A stretch of DNA of 64,000 nt, taken from the NCBI GenBank assembly GCA_037447435.1, contig JBBIGR010000020.1, forward strand, positions 10,850 through 74,849, read 5' to 3'. Source of the stretch: Fibrobacteria bacterium (GTDB lineage Bacteria > Fibrobacterota > Chitinivibrionia > Chitinivibrionales > FEN-1185). The number at the start of each line of letters is the position of its first letter. Within the stretch, counting starts at the first letter, position 1. The notes under the pieces are model-generated. The model worked only from the letters and a program-made list of their open reading frames with translations. It had not been told where the DNA came from and searched no databases. Of the stretch, positions 59,769 through 64,000 are shown one piece after another. Made by a program: the position numbers and the translations under genes.

Positions 59769-59975
59769 TTGTGGGGCGTGGGTTCCACGGCACCCTATAT
59801 GCATGCCGGAAATTATCCTACGTTGACTACCGCTATTTTGGCACATGGCGGCGAGGCGATGAGCGCCCGATCGAGCTTTAGTGCCGCAAATAACGGTACA
59901 AAAGACGATTTGCCGGCATATTTGAATAATCTGGTTCTTTGGGATATTTCAAACGGCAAGTTGCCGAATAAATAA
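59769..59975 (+). pseudogene. C-terminal remnant of a di-heme oxidoreductase (DHOR)-family gene
   Basis: LWGVGSTAPYMHAG...TLTTAILAHGGEA..AR..F matches the family tail; in-frame TAG just upstream; no CxxCH. Confidence 0.7.
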
Positions 59976-60065
59976 AACGCACAGGCATGCCTTCTGTCGA
60001 TGCACGAAGCATTGAGAGGCGGCATGCCCTAAGGTATCTCCCCGATTGCCGGTATTGCCGACGTG

Positions 60066-60659
60066 CTATTTCCCGTATAAAACTTTAAGCTCCGCGACTT
60101 TTGGATGGTCCGGATAATATTCTCCTTGCGGCCCGATATAGCCTTTGTCAAATTTGACAAGTTTGACCGGTGTGAATCCGCCTCCCGTATTCGGAACGTT
60201 GACAACAATTGTGTCACCCGACATCTGCGTTACCGGTGCTTCTTTGGAAGACGCTGCAGGCGTAACGGACTGGGGTTTTTGTGCCGGCGAAGCTTGTACG
60301 GGGGCTGTCGGCATTGGTGCGGTTGCTGCACTGGATACCGGTGGCGCTACGGCAACAAGTTCGTCACCTTCGGGAGTATAATATTCGCCGTTATAATAGT
60401 AATAGGGTATATCCTGAATTACAACGGTTGGTCCCCAATACCATTGCGGCCCTATATAAAAGCCTCCCCATAAATGAGGATAGTAAAAATGATGAAAACC
60501 AAAACCTCTATACCCACCGTCGCGGAAGCCGTTGCCATGAAAAAAACCGCCGCGAAATCCGCCATGGGCCATTGCCGGTATGGTCGCACCTGAAACAAGA
60601 ACGACCATTAAAAAAACAATTAATTTTTGAAATGTCGTTCGAGCTGATTTATTATTCAT
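60066..60659 (-). CDS. Secreted hypothetical protein (Gly/His/aromatic then Pro-rich)
   Basis: GGAGG SD, signal peptide, PYYYYNGEYY, YIGPQGEYY. Confidence 0.75.
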   Translation of the reverse strand: MNNKSARTTFQKLIVFLMVVLVSGATIPAMAHGGFRGGFFHGNGFRDGGYRGFGFHHFYYPHLWGGFYIGPQWYWGPTVVIQDIPYYYYNGEYYTPEGDELVAVAPPVSSAATAPMPTAPVQASPAQKPQSVTPAASSKEAPVTQMSGDTIVVNVPNTGGGFTPVKLVKFDKGYIGPQGEYYPDHPKVAELKVLYGK

Positions 60660-60748
60660 AACTACCTCCACTATCTATTCAATTGATTAGACTTTGGAAT
60701 CGTTAATATTGTTTCAAACATAAATAATTTTTTCCTGTTTTCAAGAAA

Positions 60749-62050
60749 ATGCGCATAATTTTTATGAAATTAAAAAATAAATGGAAAATAAAACCTTCGC
60801 AAACCGCCTTTCCCATGCTATTTCTTTGGGTCGTATATAGCGCTTTTTCACAACCCTATTTAAAAATCGGTGAGAGTGAGCAATGTTACGATAAAAAAGC
60901 ACTGCAAAAAACGGTAAATTCCGCTATTATCGATAAATTTCTCATTGATGCACCCATTGCAACAATCCGAGTGAATACCAAAATCAGATTGCTTTATTCT
61001 AATTTGGGGAATTCGGTTTTTAATCCTCCTTGTGACAGAGCCTTGGAAATATACGAATGTGATTCATCGACCGGGCTGAGGCCTTTCGATAATCGGGTTC
61101 TATTTAAAAAATACGAGGGATTTTGGAAAAATAATAGCGTCGAAACCGTTTCATCTCCAGGAACGTTTAACCGTAATACATTAAGAAAAATTAAATTTGA
61201 TACCAGGACAGATGCCTGGTTTGATAATGCCTATATTACGAATATTTACGAATGCGCGAACGGCGGATGTGTCGGTTTTGTTCATCTCGAATCGTCGAAA
61301 GGAAATCCGTTTCACGCAGGGAATTGGTTTTACTGCGACAGTAACAGTAATTCCGTACGGTATTCCATCGGCCTGGCGTACTCTACCGATACAGGGGAGT
61401 CGAGGATCTATTGCGGCGATATTATCGCCGCCGGTAATCCGGACGGTAATTGCGGAAGAAACAATATCGGCGGTATTCCGTATGTCGTACGCAACGATTC
61501 GCTGTATGTTTACTTTAACGAATATGATGCCGCGAATCGGAAAAGGATAAGTGTCGCACGGGCAAGCATTCTTGCCGTGCAAAAAGCCGCGGAAAAGGGA
61601 ACGGTTTCTTTGTGGGAAAAATACGGCGAAGCCGGGTGGCAGGGGGGTGCGTTGGCCCAAGGAAATTTCGGGGCGAATATTATACCGAAATGGTCGGACG
61701 TTTCGTTTTACGATACTCATTCCGATGCGGCATATTGCCCGGCGCTAAAAAAATACGTGCTTTTGGTATGCACCGGCGGAAACGGCAAATTGCTTCTTTA
61801 CACTTCTTTGGATGCCTTGCATTGGGGCAAAAACCCGGTAATTATTGAAGACGAATACGATTGCAGCGGGGAGCCGCCGGTTTGTACCGAACAAATCCAC
61901 GCGTTTATCGTATCGTTCAATAGGGACGCCTCGCCGGATTGCTCCGTAGTGGGCAAAGAATTCTACGTGTATTACATCCGTCAACGATCAAATAGCGACC
62001 AAACCCTTTTGAGAAAAAAAATTACAATTTCTGAATCAATTGCAAAATAA
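60749..62050 (+). CDS. Secreted hypothetical protein, probable beta-propeller
   Basis: Asp-box-like YSTDTGES and YTSLDALHW; Cys-rich; start uncertain. Confidence 0.7.
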   Translation: MRIIFMKLKNKWKIKPSQTAFPMLFLWVVYSAFSQPYLKIGESEQCYDKKALQKTVNSAIIDKFLIDAPIATIRVNTKIRLLYSNLGNSVFNPPCDRALEIYECDSSTGLRPFDNRVLFKKYEGFWKNNSVETVSSPGTFNRNTLRKIKFDTRTDAWFDNAYITNIYECANGGCVGFVHLESSKGNPFHAGNWFYCDSNSNSVRYSIGLAYSTDTGESRIYCGDIIAAGNPDGNCGRNNIGGIPYVVRNDSLYVYFNEYDAANRKRISVARASILAVQKAAEKGTVSLWEKYGEAGWQGGALAQGNFGANIIPKWSDVSFYDTHSDAAYCPALKKYVLLVCTGGNGKLLLYTSLDALHWGKNPVIIEDEYDCSGEPPVCTEQIHAFIVSFNRDASPDCSVVGKEFYVYYIRQRSNSDQTLLRKKITISESIAK

Positions 62051-62075
62051 GAGGACTCTTTTAGGCCGACATTTT

Positions 62076-62834
62076 TCAAGCCCCGGTATGGTGCATATCG
62101 GAATGATGATCCATGTGTTTATGGCTTCCCCATGCGCCTAAAATAATCCGGACATAGCCGCCGTTTTGACGGAATCTCGGAACATCCGAAATACTGGTGC
62201 CGTCGGAATACCAGTTTTGGGCAGTGTAAATATCATATGTGTAACCGGCGCGAAAACCGATTGTCAGGCCTTGCTTTTTGTCGGCCATTGTGAAAATCGC
62301 ATCGGAACCGATTCCGAGATCAAAAAGAATGGATGGTTGCCATAAAAAAGCATCAGGTTCTTTCGAGACGATAAGTTGCGGAAGAGTTTTCGTATCACTG
62401 CGGATTTGCAAGGTATTAAGTCCTATTCCAAAACCCATATACGGAAACAGCGACATCGGCATTTCGCTTGCGAAAATGTTATATCCTGAATTCATGAAAA
62501 TATCCGCACTCCAAAGCGTTGACCGTAAACCGGAATTGATTTTGTCTTCCCAGAAATTTCCCGTTATTGCATTCTCCATGACCATATTTCCGACCTCGCT
62601 GTGACTTCCCAGCGAAACAGAAACCGCATACTCTTTAAAGGATGAAAATCCCAATCGATTCAGATAATCGTTCAAATTCGAATTGGTGAACCAGCTTATG
62701 CCCGCACTCATTATACCGTAATGGCGCGTGACTTTCATTGTGCTGTCGGAATCGGAATCCATGGCAATGGCCTGAAAAAACGCGACAAATGCTGAAATCA
62801 TCAAAAAGGCGGGTACCCGGAATTTTGCAAACAT
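62076..62834 (-). CDS. Putative outer-membrane beta-barrel with His/Met-rich tail
   Basis: GGAGG SD, signal peptide, FPYMGFGIG, IGFRAGY; tail HKHMDHHSDMHH. Confidence 0.75.
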   Translation of the reverse strand: MFAKFRVPAFLMISAFVAFFQAIAMDSDSDSTMKVTRHYGIMSAGISWFTNSNLNDYLNRLGFSSFKEYAVSVSLGSHSEVGNMVMENAITGNFWEDKINSGLRSTLWSADIFMNSGYNIFASEMPMSLFPYMGFGIGLNTLQIRSDTKTLPQLIVSKEPDAFLWQPSILFDLGIGSDAIFTMADKKQGLTIGFRAGYTYDIYTAQNWYSDGTSISDVPRFRQNGGYVRIILGAWGSHKHMDHHSDMHHTGA

Positions 62835-62899
62835 GTTTTCCTCCGATTTTTTAAAGTTTAAAAACAACCTATACTTTTAGTGCTTTACCTGGTTGATAC

Positions 62900-62915
62900 T
62901 GCAAAAGGCATGCCC
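62900..62915 (-). promoter_or_regulatory. sigma54 (-24/-12) promoter
   Basis: Minus strand GGGCATGCCTTTTGCA = GG-N10-GC. Confidence 0.65.
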
Positions 62916-63130
62916 GTTCTATGACGCACTTCAATTAAGTCTATGATTTCTACTAAAATGGCTATTATGAATTTTTCAATCGCGTTGTTTTTTGTGTGAT
63001 TTTGGGAATGCTATTCCGATTATGGGAATGGATGTTTAAACATGTATTAGCAGGCATGATTGTATTTTTTTGAAACTACTGAAAATGACTGCTAAAGCGT
63101 TGAAGTGAATTCTGTTGCTTGTAGGGAACT

Positions 63131-63955
63131 CTAAGCAAGCTGCGAGAGAAACGTTCTTGCCGGTACGATGACAGGATCGTTTTTTGAGAAACAGTTTTTT
63201 TCGACGTAGGGGAGAGAAAAAGATACCTGAAACGCAAAAGGTGCCTTAGTGATTTCTTTGAAATACAATAGATGTGGGGAACATGTTGTTCCATCCGTTT
63301 TGACTTCAACAAGAAGCCACGGGCTATTATCTTTTGTAACAACAAAATCAACTTCTCTTTTATTCTTATCACGCAAATAGAATAAGTCGTAATCGCCAAA
63401 ACCCGTATCTGTCAGAAAATGGACATGTTTTAACAAATGTGCTGCCACGATATTTTCGTTTCGGGAACCGGTTTCAGGAGCCATTGACCAATCCCATAAA
63501 TAAACTTTCGGCTCACGCAGAAGTGACCGTGCAATATTATGAGAATAGGGCTTAATACGGAAAGAATAGAACACGGATTCCAATATGTCGAGCCAACGGC
63601 GAATGGTATCTACCGATACTTGGATGTCGTTTGCCAGGTGCGCATAGTTAAGCATTCCCCCGCAGCTTGCCGCCACCCGCTGCGCAAGGACTTTCATTCT
63701 TCCGATGTCGGTGATATGTGTTAAATCACGCAGGTCTTCGTTAAACAAGGCTTCCAAACGGAGTTTTTTCCATCGGTTATAAAAACGGAAGTCATTGCGC
63801 ATGAAGGGTTCCGGAAACCCGCCGAATCGAATGAGCGTGGTCCATTGTTCTTCCGGAATCGGCACGGGCATTTCGGCGTATTCGGAGTCCAGATTTTGGG
63901 GTTCGACGATTTCTCTTATAGTCAATGGATGCATGCGATATAAAAAATGCCGCAT
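63131..63955 (-). pseudogene. 5'-truncated AAA_14/DUF4143 ATPase
   Basis: GGFPEP, PKVYLWD, EVDF, LVEVK present; no Walker A; in-frame TAA at 63992-63994. Confidence 0.75.
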
Positions 63956-64000
63956 CGCGTGATTTAATGGGTAACCCCAATATATTGTGTTTTAGTATTT

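Noticed and set aside
59984..60028. ggcatgcc...ggcatgcc hairpin as an ncRNA
   Set aside because: Short and located between convergent 3' ends; most simply a transcript-end hairpin

Overview
Chromosomal window of a Gram-negative bacterium. Gene content (PorX/PorY-like pair next to tsaE, proteins with T9SS-like C-terminal domains, a flexirubin/aryl-polyene-type KS cluster) points to the FCB superphylum, possibly Fibrobacterota; this taxonomy is inference. In order it holds: lnt; an 8-gene type II PKS/FAS-like polyene cluster; serS; a PorY-like kinase, PorX-like regulator and tsaE; a TPAT (TatT-DctP-DctQM) transporter; apt, asnS, aroK, aroC; higBA; lspA; a cyclic-nucleotide-gated K+ channel; a block of hybrid kinases with an orphan CheA; rnd; a lipid A-type acyltransferase; an ABC-F gene; two tandem secreted esterases; a flippase; a CheB/CheR fusion with an output-less multi-PAS protein; a sigma54-driven SOD-like/P19-like/RND operon; and two gene remnants. 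No rRNA, tRNA, CRISPR array or transposase was seen. Best leads: (1) the PorX-like PglZ domain appears to have lost both its catalytic Thr and its first metal Asp; (2) a 187-bp multi-hairpin element with perfect 21-bp terminal inverted repeats upstream of asnS; (3) an MRMR uORF embedded in a terminator upstream of the ABC-F gene; (4) three sigma54 promoters in front of envelope/metal-handling genes; (5) a minimal polyene cluster lacking starter, reductase and export genes. All protein calls come from motif recognition by eye, not database searches.
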